In this document: positions 9,496 to 18,784 of the stretch, in pieces
How the letters are laid out: every line of letters starts with the position of its first letter
Position numbering within the stretch: position 1 is the first letter of the stretch
Origin: a virus
IMG/VR virus record: IMGVR_UViG_3300042691_040117
Span: 6,921 to 70,920 of that record
Strand: one strand, 5' to 3'
DNA length: 64,000 nucleotides
Notes under the pieces: generated by a model
The model's input: the letters and a program-made list of their open reading frames with translations, nothing else
The model's database searches: none
What the model was told of the DNA's origin: nothing
Translations under genes and position numbers: made by a program

Positions 9496-11520
9496 TTATA
9501 CTCTCCAAAGTTCAGATAATGAAGGTGATGATGGTGCTTGTACTATAGTTTTTTGTGGGACGGGAAATTGCATTGGAAAAGGAACGGCAACTTCTTCCTT
9601 TTGATTTATCATATAAACTACAGTCCTAGTATCTTGACCACCATCAGGTATATTTAATGAAGTTTTTTGTGGCGGCGGAGGTAATACTGGTGTCGGTGGT
9701 GGTTTTGCTGGTTGTTGCCCAGATTTAACAACCTCAATTTTGGCAGAACCGGAAGGAATAACACCAGTCCCCTTCATTCCAAGTGCTTCAGCAGCAGCAT
9801 TACTTAAATCAACAACCCTACCTGATATGTATGGACCACGATCCTTAACTGGAACAACGATTGACTTTCCTTTCCAAGTAATTCTTAATAGGGTTCCAAA
9901 TGGTAATGATTTATGTGCAGCCAAGAAGCTTTCTGGAGTATATTTTGTTCCATCGGCAGTTTTGTTTCCATAAAATCCAGGTCCGTACCAACTGATTTCT
10001 CCACTTAAAGATCCTGTAGGAGTAACTTTTGAGGGATCAATTTTAGCAGTTGGTTTAGTTTTTGCATCTTTTTCTTTTTGTTTTTTCTCCAACTCTTTCA
10101 TTTTTTCTGGATTTGCTGGACCAGCACTTAAATGCCCAAGCAAATATGAATTATTTTGAGAATCTTTTATGATTACAACATTTCCATAACCAGCATTTTC
10201 ACCAGAATCATAAGTAGAGAATTTTAATCCACCTGTTAATTGAATTGGAGTTCCTGATGGAATTTCATAATCAAATCCTCTATGGTCTCTCCCAGCACCT
10301 ATTCCATCTCCCATTTTCCATTTATTTAATGATTTTCCACCAACGATGATATTGCTTAAAACTTCAGTTGGTATAGATCCACCAGCACCCCCATATCCAT
10401 TACCAGTTTCAATATGAATATGTGGACCAGTGGATCTTCCAGTACTTCCAACAAAACCAATTATTTCCTTCCCCGGTATAAATGAACTACTATAGTCATC
10501 ACCAAAATCTCCAGGACTTTGGGGTGATCTAGTAATCTGTTTTTTATCATCATCTTTATCATCAAATAAAGATGGCATAGACTTGATATTAATTGCTAAT
10601 TCTTCAAATTTTTTATTATTTTCTTCATCTATTTTTGAAATGGCATCAAAATTATCGGTGGTTGTTTTAAAGACTTCAAAATAATTGACTGATTGCCTTG
10701 CTGCCTTTGCCCTTCCAGTTTCACCTTGAGTGAAAGTTTGTGATTTTATTTTTGCGGAAGATACTTTTCCACTTTGTACTTGAGTTCCTCTAGTAACCTC
10801 CCCACCTTTGGCATATCCTTTTGGTTTAGGAGCTTGTGGATTAGAAAATGTAGGTGATTGCGGTTTTACTTGAGTTGCCGGATTAGCATATCTTCCATAT
10901 CCAGAAGTATTTTGAAAATTTGTTTGTGATGGTGTAGATCTAGGTTGTGAATTTTGTTGACTTGGTTTTTTACCAAGATCCGACATAAAACCAAGTAATG
11001 ATACGTCCATTGACCCTACCATTACATTTAAATTTTGAATTTCTCTTGTAATATTATCTCTTTGTTTAATTATTTGTTGTTGAGTTGCTCCGGCAAATGC
11101 TGAAAATCCGTTTACTAAATTAATAATACCAAATATTCCATCACCTATAACTTTAAATAAAAATTTAACCCCGTCAATTATCCATTTATTGTCGGAGAAA
11201 AACTTTTGCAATCTTTCGATAATTGTTGGTAGATTGTTTATCAAAATACCCAATAATATCGTTCCGGCAAAATTCATTATCTTATCAAAAAGACTCATTG
11301 GTCCTGATAAAATACTTGATGTAATTTTATTAATTCCCGTTCTTATTGCCGATGTTTCTATTTTTTTCTCTTTTTGTTTGGATTCTTCCTGTTTCTGTTG
11401 ATTGAATATTATCCTTCTTTTTTGCAATCGCAAAGATCTAGATTCAGAGTTCTTTCTGATAAGAAAACTGTTAATATTACTAACGTTTAATTTTAATTGC
11501 TTCGTTTGTGCTACAATCAT
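9496..11520 (-). CDS. Tail/baseplate hub protein with permuted M23 peptidase and RlpA-like DPBB lytic transglycosylase domains
   Basis: GSTGRSTGPHIHIE, HRGFDYEIPSGTPI..GYGNVVII..GHLS (M23); ISWYGPGFYGNKTADG..AAHKSLPFGT..DRGPY..RVVDLS (RlpA). Confidence 0.85.
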   Translation of the reverse strand: MIVAQTKQLKLNVSNINSFLIRKNSESRSLRLQKRRIIFNQQKQEESKQKEKKIETSAIRTGINKITSSILSGPMSLFDKIMNFAGTILLGILINNLPTIIERLQKFFSDNKWIIDGVKFLFKVIGDGIFGIINLVNGFSAFAGATQQQIIKQRDNITREIQNLNVMVGSMDVSLLGFMSDLGKKPSQQNSQPRSTPSQTNFQNTSGYGRYANPATQVKPQSPTFSNPQAPKPKGYAKGGEVTRGTQVQSGKVSSAKIKSQTFTQGETGRAKAARQSVNYFEVFKTTTDNFDAISKIDEENNKKFEELAINIKSMPSLFDDKDDDKKQITRSPQSPGDFGDDYSSSFIPGKEIIGFVGSTGRSTGPHIHIETGNGYGGAGGSIPTEVLSNIIVGGKSLNKWKMGDGIGAGRDHRGFDYEIPSGTPIQLTGGLKFSTYDSGENAGYGNVVIIKDSQNNSYLLGHLSAGPANPEKMKELEKKQKEKDAKTKPTAKIDPSKVTPTGSLSGEISWYGPGFYGNKTADGTKYTPESFLAAHKSLPFGTLLRITWKGKSIVVPVKDRGPYISGRVVDLSNAAAEALGMKGTGVIPSGSAKIEVVKSGQQPAKPPPTPVLPPPPQKTSLNIPDGGQDTRTVVYMINQKEEVAVPFPMQFPVPQKTIVQAPSSPSLSELWRV

Positions 11521-11523
11521 TTC

Positions 11524-13404
11524 TTATACAAAAATTCCGTATAAAGATGGTGTTAGTATCATGTAAGGATTTGATGAATTTGATGATGGTATTGATGGAA
11601 CGTATGATGCTGGTGCTTGTGGTATGTTAATTTTTGGTATTGCTGCCTTTTTAGTTGGAAGATTTATTGGTACTATTACTGGAGATGAATTTGATGATGA
11701 TTTAGTAATTTGCTGTATAGAAGACGATCTAATTGGAAGTGGTACTATATTTACATTATTTTGAACGGGACTTATATTTACGTTGGGGATTTTTTGAATT
11801 ATATTATCATACATTTGACCACCTTTTTGACGACCAACCTGTCCACCTACCCATCCACCCCCAGGAATTCCGGTTGATTTGCCTTGTTGAGTTCCAATAA
11901 CTTGACCTGCCGCTTCAAATAATGGTCTTCCAAATCCACCACCAGACGCAGATTTCTTTAAATTTTTCTTTTGTTTTTTCTGCTCAAATGTCTTATTCAA
12001 ATCTTCAAGAATAGTCGAAAATCTTTCAGAATTGCTTTGCTGTAAGGATGTGACTTCCAATAATTTTGTTACAGCCTCTCTAAAGTAATTCCACAATCTC
12101 CCAGCATTCTCATTAATATCACTTAAAAGCGGTCTAAACAATTTAGATGCTGCTGTACGAATAACATACTCGCCAGGAGCAAGCATTGCAGGAACACTAT
12201 CAACTGTTCCACTACCAGATCCACCGACACTTCCACCTTGAGAAAATGAGGGAATAATAGAACATTTGGAGCATTTTTTAGGTGATATATCATTAATTAA
12301 TCCACCTCTAGATGCTTTTTTAACTTGAGGATAATTTGGTAAAGTTTGCCCAAGAGCTGGTGAAGACACCATGGGCAATACTATTTGTCGAATTGCTTCA
12401 ATAATAGCCCCCCAGATTGCTGGAGAAAGACCTGGGGGATTGGGTTGATACTGTGGTTGTGGATTTAAATTTGGTGACGTCGGTGCCGGTGCTGGAGTAG
12501 TTTTAGGTACTGCAGGAATATTGAGAGGTGCTCCGGCCGGACCAACTAAAGGAGGTAATGGTAATGGAACTACACCTTTGGCAATACCTTCTATAGTACC
12601 ATAAACTTTTGGATTGGACCTCATATAATATGAGAGAACATTCGCAAATTCAGGTGCATTCTTTAAGCATTTTAAGATTGCGGAGCAATCCATTGGTCCT
12701 GCACCACCAGAAAGCTTTCCTTTTCCTTTTAATAAATCAATAGCACCTTTAATTCTTTTAACAACACCAATTACACCAAGCAATCCCCCCAATAATTTTC
12801 CAGCTATTAATGTTCCTACTATCCACTTCCAATGATCTGCTAAAAATTGAAAAAATACCTTTACTTTTTCCTGGTTTTCTTTTTTAGATAACCAATTTAA
12901 GGCAGTATTGACAGCCAGTCCGGTTAGAATTGTTTTAAAAAATTCAATAATCTTTTGAAACAAACTTTTAGCTGGAGTTAAAACCTTATCTACTTGTCTG
13001 AAAAGACCTTTCCCTATACTCTGAACACTTTCTAGTGCTGCTTCTTTATTATAGGCAGCCTTTCTAAATTTTTGTTTCTTTACTTCTCCTATTTGCCTTC
13101 TATCTTCTGCAATTCTTGTCGAAAAATCAATCGCCAATTGGTTCTGTATTTCTACAAGAACTCTATTTGTTTCTATTAGTGATTCATTTAAACTTTTAAT
13201 TACGCCTAAAGATAAATTATCAGCATTCAATTGCTCAGAAATTATATTCGGAGATTGAATATTCTGTTTTCTAAATCCGAATGTAGATTTTTTTACTTGT
13301 AAAGGCTTAGAAAAAGAAGTCCTCCCCGCTAATGGGGAAGATATATTTTTTCTACTTAATTTTGGTACTGATGGTGCCCTATAGATTGGATAATTATAAT
13401 CCAC
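11524..13404 (-). CDS. Tail hub / tape-measure-like protein
   Basis: Long helical protein with DSVPAMLAPGEYVI motif common in phage tape-measure proteins; baseplate context. Confidence 0.65.
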   Translation of the reverse strand: MDYNYPIYRAPSVPKLSRKNISSPLAGRTSFSKPLQVKKSTFGFRKQNIQSPNIISEQLNADNLSLGVIKSLNESLIETNRVLVEIQNQLAIDFSTRIAEDRRQIGEVKKQKFRKAAYNKEAALESVQSIGKGLFRQVDKVLTPAKSLFQKIIEFFKTILTGLAVNTALNWLSKKENQEKVKVFFQFLADHWKWIVGTLIAGKLLGGLLGVIGVVKRIKGAIDLLKGKGKLSGGAGPMDCSAILKCLKNAPEFANVLSYYMRSNPKVYGTIEGIAKGVVPLPLPPLVGPAGAPLNIPAVPKTTPAPAPTSPNLNPQPQYQPNPPGLSPAIWGAIIEAIRQIVLPMVSSPALGQTLPNYPQVKKASRGGLINDISPKKCSKCSIIPSFSQGGSVGGSGSGTVDSVPAMLAPGEYVIRTAASKLFRPLLSDINENAGRLWNYFREAVTKLLEVTSLQQSNSERFSTILEDLNKTFEQKKQKKNLKKSASGGGFGRPLFEAAGQVIGTQQGKSTGIPGGGWVGGQVGRQKGGQMYDNIIQKIPNVNISPVQNNVNIVPLPIRSSSIQQITKSSSNSSPVIVPINLPTKKAAIPKINIPQAPASYVPSIPSSNSSNPYMILTPSLYGIFV

Positions 13405-13570
13405 GAGGTTGTTGCTTTAGGTTCTCTTCTTCGATATAATTTTTCAATAAACCAATATACACTTCCCTTTCCCAAGGAATCATATTTTCAAGCTCAGTCA
13501 AAGAATATTTATGATGCTGAATTAACTGAAAATTAGTTTGATAGTATGACTCAAGGTTAGTATGAGCCAT
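13394..13570 (-). CDS. gp51: Baseplate hub assembly catalyst gp51 (58 aa, not in ORF track)
   Basis: MAHTNLESYYQTNFQLIQHHKYSLTELENMIPWEREVYIGLLKNYIEEENLKQQPRGL*. Confidence 0.85.
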   Translation of the reverse strand: MAHTNLESYYQTNFQLIQHHKYSLTELENMIPWEREVYIGLLKNYIEEENLKQQPRGL

Positions 13571-13572
13571 AC

Positions 13573-14295
13573 CTAACTGAAAAAACTTGCAAGACCCTCC
13601 AGAACAACTTCACTTTGGACATCAGTCTTTGGATTTTTTACCTTTACAGTATGGGAAAGTTTGGGCATTGTTGTAAAGAAATTTTCAATTTCTTTAAATT
13701 GCTTTGTATTTAATTGTTCGATAAATTCATCAAGTTCTTTTTTGGTACAGTCCGAAGCACTCCAAGATTCTTCCTGATCATATATTGTATCAATACATGA
13801 AGTGATCATTGACAATGATTTATTAACATCATTATTAGTTTCATTAACTTCAAAATTACTTTCTACAAATTCGTTTAGTGACGGATATTTCAATTTCATG
13901 GACAAATTATCATCCAACTTTATGACATTTTTATGTTCTTCTGATCTTTGAACTTTGATATCGTCAATATTAATTTCAACGCTGACAATTGTCTCTTCAT
14001 CATCTGGGCAAGTAACATTTACTTCTATTGTTTCCCCGACAGATTTAGATCTAACATTTAAAAACAAATATTCAATATCAAAAGTTGATAATTCAGCGAC
14101 ATTAACTCCTTTTGATAAAATACAATCATTTAAAATTTGGACAACGGCACCAGAAATATCTTTGATATTCTCGGATTCGAGTGCCATAATCAGAATTTTT
14201 TCTTCTCTAACTAAAAATGGACGATATTTAATTTTTTTCCCTGTTGAAGGCAATTCCAACTCATAAGTCGGTGTAGAAATCTTTGGTAAAGGCAT
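13573..14295 (-). CDS. gp26: Baseplate hub subunit gp26
   Basis: MPLPKISTPTYELELPSTGKKIKYRPFLVREEKIL...FDIEYLFLNVRSKSVGE...LEGLASFF. Confidence 0.92.
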   Translation of the reverse strand: MPLPKISTPTYELELPSTGKKIKYRPFLVREEKILIMALESENIKDISGAVVQILNDCILSKGVNVAELSTFDIEYLFLNVRSKSVGETIEVNVTCPDDEETIVSVEINIDDIKVQRSEEHKNVIKLDDNLSMKLKYPSLNEFVESNFEVNETNNDVNKSLSMITSCIDTIYDQEESWSASDCTKKELDEFIEQLNTKQFKEIENFFTTMPKLSHTVKVKNPKTDVQSEVVLEGLASFFS

Positions 14296-14328
14296 AATGA
14301 CCTATAGAAACTTCAGTGCTATTATTTA

Positions 14329-15129
14329 TTAGACCACATTGGGGTATAGAACACCATTTAATCCAGGTATTCCTGTTCCAAATGGAAGAGTTTGTCCTTC
14401 TATATCTTGTATTACTGGAAGATCCGATACGGGAGAAGGAGATGGCGATTTCTTTACTATATCCAGACCCGCAACTGTATTATTCTTAACAACGTATCTG
14501 TCATAATTAAAGGTCACAGTGATTTTTAATAAATCTGCAGGTCCATAGGAAACTGGAATAGATGTAATTCCTTTGGGAAATGCATTAACAAACTGATAAT
14601 CTAATGTAAATGATTCCTCTATACTTCCTAAAGTTCTTTCAAATTTAGTAATAGATAAATTATTAATTTTATAACTATCTGGATATTGAAATCTTCTAAA
14701 ATATCCTTTATTAAAACCACCATTTTCTACTTGTGCTGCCCCGGCCCCAGAAATAAAATCCATCCACCCCTCAAAAAATCTTAAAATTTTATAATCAGTA
14801 TCAACATAAAAAGTAAAATCTATATCAGTAAATAGGCGACTGTGTGCAAATTCTTGTGGAACTCCTATAAAATTATCCTTCACTTCTGCCGTTGCAAAAG
14901 TACTACTTGGTAAATTTGCATCAGCACATAAAATTCCAACATTACGACTAATCCAATCCTCTGTAAGAGTTGAATCTGCATATTTTAACAAATGATCCAT
15001 TAAGTCAGAATCACCATCCACTGTTCCCATTCCATTAAATCCGACAAGATAATAATTTGTTAGTGACAGTTCTCCAAAATAAGTTTTGGCAACCTCCATA
15101 CTAATGGGTTGTGGTGTTGTAACTGACAT
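14329..15129 (-). CDS. Tail-tube-fold baseplate/tail tube initiator (gp54-like)
   Basis: LCADANLPS, FTFYVD..Y..FFEGWMDFI, Y.FVNAFP..I.S.PVSY...LLKITVTFNYDRY. Confidence 0.75.
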   Translation of the reverse strand: MSVTTPQPISMEVAKTYFGELSLTNYYLVGFNGMGTVDGDSDLMDHLLKYADSTLTEDWISRNVGILCADANLPSSTFATAEVKDNFIGVPQEFAHSRLFTDIDFTFYVDTDYKILRFFEGWMDFISGAGAAQVENGGFNKGYFRRFQYPDSYKINNLSITKFERTLGSIEESFTLDYQFVNAFPKGITSIPVSYGPADLLKITVTFNYDRYVVKNNTVAGLDIVKKSPSPSPVSDLPVIQDIEGQTLPFGTGIPGLNGVLYPNVV

Positions 15130-15153
15130 CTAAATATTTTAGGATATTTGTGG

Positions 15154-15168
15154 TATTTAGTATAAATA
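15154..15168. promoter_or_regulatory. Back-to-back T4-type late promoters
   Basis: Plus-strand TATAAATA at 15161-15168 and minus-strand CTAAATA at 15154-15160, between divergent late operons. Confidence 0.7.
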
Positions 15169-15197
15169 CTTTGGGAATGTAACTTTATGGTGAGATT

Positions 15198-15626
15198 ATG
15201 AAATATGACACAACAAGAATAAGTAAAATTTTAAACATAGGTAATATTGGAATAATTGATATTAATTTAAGTGAAGATGAAAAGTGGGACTGTTATAGTG
15301 ATGATGTTACTGATAGAAGAAAAAATGCGGTCTCTTTATATTGGAAAAATTTAAAGAATGATGAAAAAGTTGAAAGATTAAAAAATCATGGAATGACTGG
15401 GAAAAAACATAAACCCCAAACCATTGAAAAAATGCATAAATCATCTATTAATACACAAAAACCCCATTTGCATAAAGGTGGAATATTAATAAACGAAAAG
15501 GGAAATATTATTCAATTTTCATGTTTAAGTCATTTTTGTAAAGAACATAAATTAAGTAGTGGACATGTTTGTGAACTTCTCCAAGGTAAAAGAAAATCTG
15601 TAAAAGGTTGGAAAAATGTCATATAA
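15198..15626 (+). CDS. Homing-endonuclease-derived DNA-binding protein (NUMOD3 plus C-terminal HTH), no evident nuclease domain
   Basis: HGMTGKKHKPQTIEKM (NUMOD3) and FSCLSHFCKEHKLSSGHVCELLQGKRKSVKGWK (NUMOD1/IENR-type HTH). Confidence 0.65.
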   Translation: MKYDTTRISKILNIGNIGIIDINLSEDEKWDCYSDDVTDRRKNAVSLYWKNLKNDEKVERLKNHGMTGKKHKPQTIEKMHKSSINTQKPHLHKGGILINEKGNIIQFSCLSHFCKEHKLSSGHVCELLQGKRKSVKGWKNVI

Positions 15627-16053
15627 AGGAAGATATCAACCAAAAAATCCACAAAAATATAGGGGTGATGTAAATAATATAATCTATAGATCTTTATGGG
15701 AAAGAAAATTTCTAGTTTATTGTGACACTAATGAAAATGTTCTTGAATATGCTAGTGAGGAAATAGCATTACCATATCGCTCACCAATAGATAACCGTAT
15801 TCATAGGTACTTTCCAGATTTTTATATCAAAGTCAAAGAGCAAACAGGTCAAATTAAAAAATACATTATTGAAATTAAACCTAAAAAACAAACAATAGAA
15901 CCCAAAGTTCAAAAAAGAAAAACAAAGTCATACATCTATGAAGTAGTCGAATATGCCAAAAATCAGGCAAAGTGGAAGGCAGCGGAAGAATTTTGTAAAG
16001 ATAGGATGTGGGAGTTTAAAGTTCTAACAGAAGACGAATTAGGTATTAAGTAA
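15616..16053 (+). CDS. gp4: Head completion protein gp4
   Basis: MSYKGRYQPKNPQKYRGD..IIYRSLWERKF..SEEI..PY.SP.D.R.HRYFPDF..EIKPK.Q..N.AKW.AA. Confidence 0.93.
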   Translation: MSYKGRYQPKNPQKYRGDVNNIIYRSLWERKFLVYCDTNENVLEYASEEIALPYRSPIDNRIHRYFPDFYIKVKEQTGQIKKYIIEIKPKKQTIEPKVQKRKTKSYIYEVVEYAKNQAKWKAAEEFCKDRMWEFKVLTEDELGIK

Positions 16054-16448
16054 TGCCAAGAAAAACCATCAGAGATAGGAGCAATCCCACTGATACAAAT
16101 AGAAGACTAAATCGTGTTCGTCATATTGTAGATAATATAATTGGAACCGAAGATCCGGACGATATAATGCAGTCCATTCTAGAATCCTTAAAAGACACTG
16201 TATTAATTCCTGATGTAGGTAAGTATTATACATTCGTATATGCTCCCAAAACTTCAAGTATTACTTATGATGCTCACCCTCTTGTTGGAGTCACAAATAT
16301 ATACTCATGGGGATTTAAAGGTGTAAATTTTCACTGGAATCGAGTACGTCAATATAGTTGGGAAGAAATAGTAGGATCATTACATATAGTTAATTCTTCC
16401 GAACTTAAAGATCTAAAAGCACTACCTTTTGCTAAAATAATAAAATGA
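16053..16448 (+). CDS. gp2: DNA end protector protein gp2-like
   Basis: GKYYTFVYAPKT..YDAHPLV...GFKGVNFHW; adjacent to gp4. Confidence 0.75.
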   Translation: MPRKTIRDRSNPTDTNRRLNRVRHIVDNIIGTEDPDDIMQSILESLKDTVLIPDVGKYYTFVYAPKTSSITYDAHPLVGVTNIYSWGFKGVNFHWNRVRQYSWEEIVGSLHIVNSSELKDLKALPFAKIIK

Positions 16449-17119
16449 ATAAAATGAATCGTTTTTTCACTCTTGATGAAATTAATCCAAATCTAAAACT
16501 TTTAGAGGAAAGATTTGATGAAATACATGAAGAATTTATGGCAAATAAAAATAATTTATTTGCCATAACCTGGGGAGCAGAAGTTGGATATTATGTTCAA
16601 AATGCGGCAGAGCGTGTTGGTAAACAAAGTTCCTCTGTATATAAAGGTTGGCAGGTTGCTCCTCTATATGGAACTATGAATGATATACTTTCAATAAATT
16701 CTGATATGAATCATTACAAACATCTGATTCAGGTTGATGATGATTTGCTAAAGGTTAAACATAATGTATCGATGTTGCCAATTCTCACAAAAACTTTGTT
16801 AGAAGCAGGAGTAAGAAAAAGAGTTGGAATTACTATTCTTGAAGCAAAAAAAGAAATTGCATGGCACTCCGACCCAGATCCAGAAAAACCGGGATTAGCA
16901 ATTATTAGAGGTTTATGGGGGTTAGATGTTCCGGAAGAGGAAGGAAAGGAGTCTTTTATATATTTAAATAATAATACCCAAAAAGTAAAATTTAAAAACA
17001 ATGAGTATGTTTTATTTTGGGGGAGAACAAACCATAGAGTAAAAAATAATTTATCAAGTTCTAGATATATGATATGTTTTGACCATGAGGTTCCTTATAA
17101 AAAGCTTCTAAATACTTAG
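16445..17119 (+). CDS. Aspartyl/asparaginyl beta-hydroxylase-like 2OG-Fe(II) oxygenase
   Basis: L.LLEE.FDEI.EEF, GWQVAPLYG, I.WHSD, H.V.N...SR..ICFD. Confidence 0.75.
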   Translation: MNKMNRFFTLDEINPNLKLLEERFDEIHEEFMANKNNLFAITWGAEVGYYVQNAAERVGKQSSSVYKGWQVAPLYGTMNDILSINSDMNHYKHLIQVDDDLLKVKHNVSMLPILTKTLLEAGVRKRVGITILEAKKEIAWHSDPDPEKPGLAIIRGLWGLDVPEEEGKESFIYLNNNTQKVKFKNNEYVLFWGRTNHRVKNNLSSSRYMICFDHEVPYKKLLNT

Positions 17120-17129
17120 AAAAGGATAA

Positions 17130-18059
17130 ATGGCAAACGATACTTCATATGAAATATTAAGATATCCATATGAGATTATTGGAGACAAGACTGATTATTT
17201 ACAAATAGCAGTTGTTGATTTAAAGCCTAATGGACTAGTTAATGAAGGAGCATCTCAAAGAAATGCGGTTGTTTCTACTGCGTTTAGTGCAGGAACAAAT
17301 CTTAGTCCAAAAACTGCCTATACAAATCCACAATTTATAATACTCCCAATGCCATCAAACATTCAAGATGGTAATAGTGTTGGGTATTCTGATGATAGTT
17401 TGAATGGATTTGCTGCTGCTGCATTGGGTACAATAACAAGAGGACTTGATGAAAGTGCTCAAGGAGCGGATATTACTTCAGCCTTAGGTGATTTCTTTTC
17501 TAAAGGAAATAAAGCTCTAAATGATGTTGTCACAGATCCTAGGGCAAGACAAGCAATAAATCGGTATTTTGCATCAGAAGCAGTAAATATATTTGGCGCA
17601 AATGTCACCCCACAGCAATTATTATCAAGAGAAACCGGTCAAATATTTAACCCAAATATGGAACTTCTCTTTAATAATGTAACATTAAGAAATTTCAAAT
17701 TTTCTTTTAAAATGACTCCAAGAAATTCAACAGAAGCAGAAGAAATCAAACAAATAATTAGAGTCTTTAAGAGAAATATGGCACCCAATTATCAAGATAG
17801 TAAATTTTTAAAACCACCCAAGAGCTTTGAATTGGCATTTAAAACTGGGGGAGGTAATCATAAATTTTTAAATCGCTTCAAGCAATGCTTCCTGACGGAT
17901 ATGGCAGTTAATTATACTGCAGAAAACGTTTATGCTACATACAAAGATGGAACTCCAGTATCCATGATCATGGATTTATCATTTAAAGAGATTGAACCAG
18001 TGTATCAGCAGGATTATGCTGATACAAATGAAGAAGGAAAACTAGGAGTAGGATTCTAA
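17130..18059 (+). CDS. gp48: Baseplate tail tube cap gp48
   Basis: LRYPY, IILPMPSNIQDGNSV, NPNMELLF..VTLRNFKFSFKMTPRN..EA..IK.IIR.FK, LSFKEIEP. Confidence 0.9.
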   Translation: MANDTSYEILRYPYEIIGDKTDYLQIAVVDLKPNGLVNEGASQRNAVVSTAFSAGTNLSPKTAYTNPQFIILPMPSNIQDGNSVGYSDDSLNGFAAAALGTITRGLDESAQGADITSALGDFFSKGNKALNDVVTDPRARQAINRYFASEAVNIFGANVTPQQLLSRETGQIFNPNMELLFNNVTLRNFKFSFKMTPRNSTEAEEIKQIIRVFKRNMAPNYQDSKFLKPPKSFELAFKTGGGNHKFLNRFKQCFLTDMAVNYTAENVYATYKDGTPVSMIMDLSFKEIEPVYQQDYADTNEEGKLGVGF

Positions 18060-18060
18060 A

Positions 18061-18720
18061 ATGGGATACTTCAGAGAACTTCCTAACGTAGAATATCAAT
18101 CATTTTTATCAGATAAATCTTCTTCTCAAGATTATCTGCTAGTAAAGAATCTTTTTAGAAGAGCGAAAATTCGTGATGATCTTCAAAATATTTTTACACT
18201 TTTTAACAAGTACGAGATTCAAGAAGGTGCAAGACCAGAACTTGTAGCAGAAGAATTGTATGGTGATGCTAATTTAGATTGGGTTGTTTTAATATCTGCA
18301 GGAATTACAAATGTTCGCAATGAATGGCCATTATCAAACGCGGATCTTTACAGATATGTCCAAAGTAAGTACGGGGACGAAGTTCTAAATTCAGTGAGAT
18401 TTTATGAAAGTGAAGAGGTACGAGATTCTAAAAACAATTTAATTTTTCCAGCAGGAGAAATTGTAGATGAAGATTTTGAAGTTTCATATTTTGACGAGAA
18501 TTTAAATAACGTTATTACAAAAACTCCCGGAATTGCAATTACTAATTACGAATATGAAACTAGATTAAATAGTGAAAAAAGTTTAATTTATATTTTAAGA
18601 AATGAATATATTCAACAATTCCTGAATGATAGTCGAGAAATTATGCTTTACACTAAATCTTCTCAATATATTAATGATCGATTAATTAAAACAGAAAATA
18701 CAAATTCAACTCTGGCATAA
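18061..18720 (+). CDS. gp53: Baseplate wedge subunit gp53
   Basis: MGYFRELPNVEY, KNLFRRAKIRDDL, GARPELVAEELYGD..LDWVVL, TNYEYE..LN. Confidence 0.92.
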   Translation: MGYFRELPNVEYQSFLSDKSSSQDYLLVKNLFRRAKIRDDLQNIFTLFNKYEIQEGARPELVAEELYGDANLDWVVLISAGITNVRNEWPLSNADLYRYVQSKYGDEVLNSVRFYESEEVRDSKNNLIFPAGEIVDEDFEVSYFDENLNNVITKTPGIAITNYEYETRLNSEKSLIYILRNEYIQQFLNDSREIMLYTKSSQYINDRLIKTENTNSTLA

Positions 18721-18742
18721 TTTTACAGATTAGAGTTTTGCC

Positions 18743-18766
18743 AGAAAGCCGCCGAAGCAGCTTTCT
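18743..18766 (-). terminator. C(UUCG)G hairpin between convergent gp53 and gp32
   Basis: Minus strand AGAAAGCTGC-TTCG-GCGGCTTTCT; U-tract weak. Confidence 0.6.
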
Positions 18767-18784
18767 ATAACGGCGTTTATTTAA

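Noticed and set aside
15616-16053. TnsA-like endonuclease suggesting a transposon
   Set aside because: Sequence and context (gp2, gp48, gp53) identify it as head completion protein gp4.
15198-18720. Plus-strand island as an invertible segment
   Set aside because: No flanking inverted repeats or recombinase seen; the opposite orientation of the gp4/gp48/gp53 block is what I expect for T4-like cyanophages.
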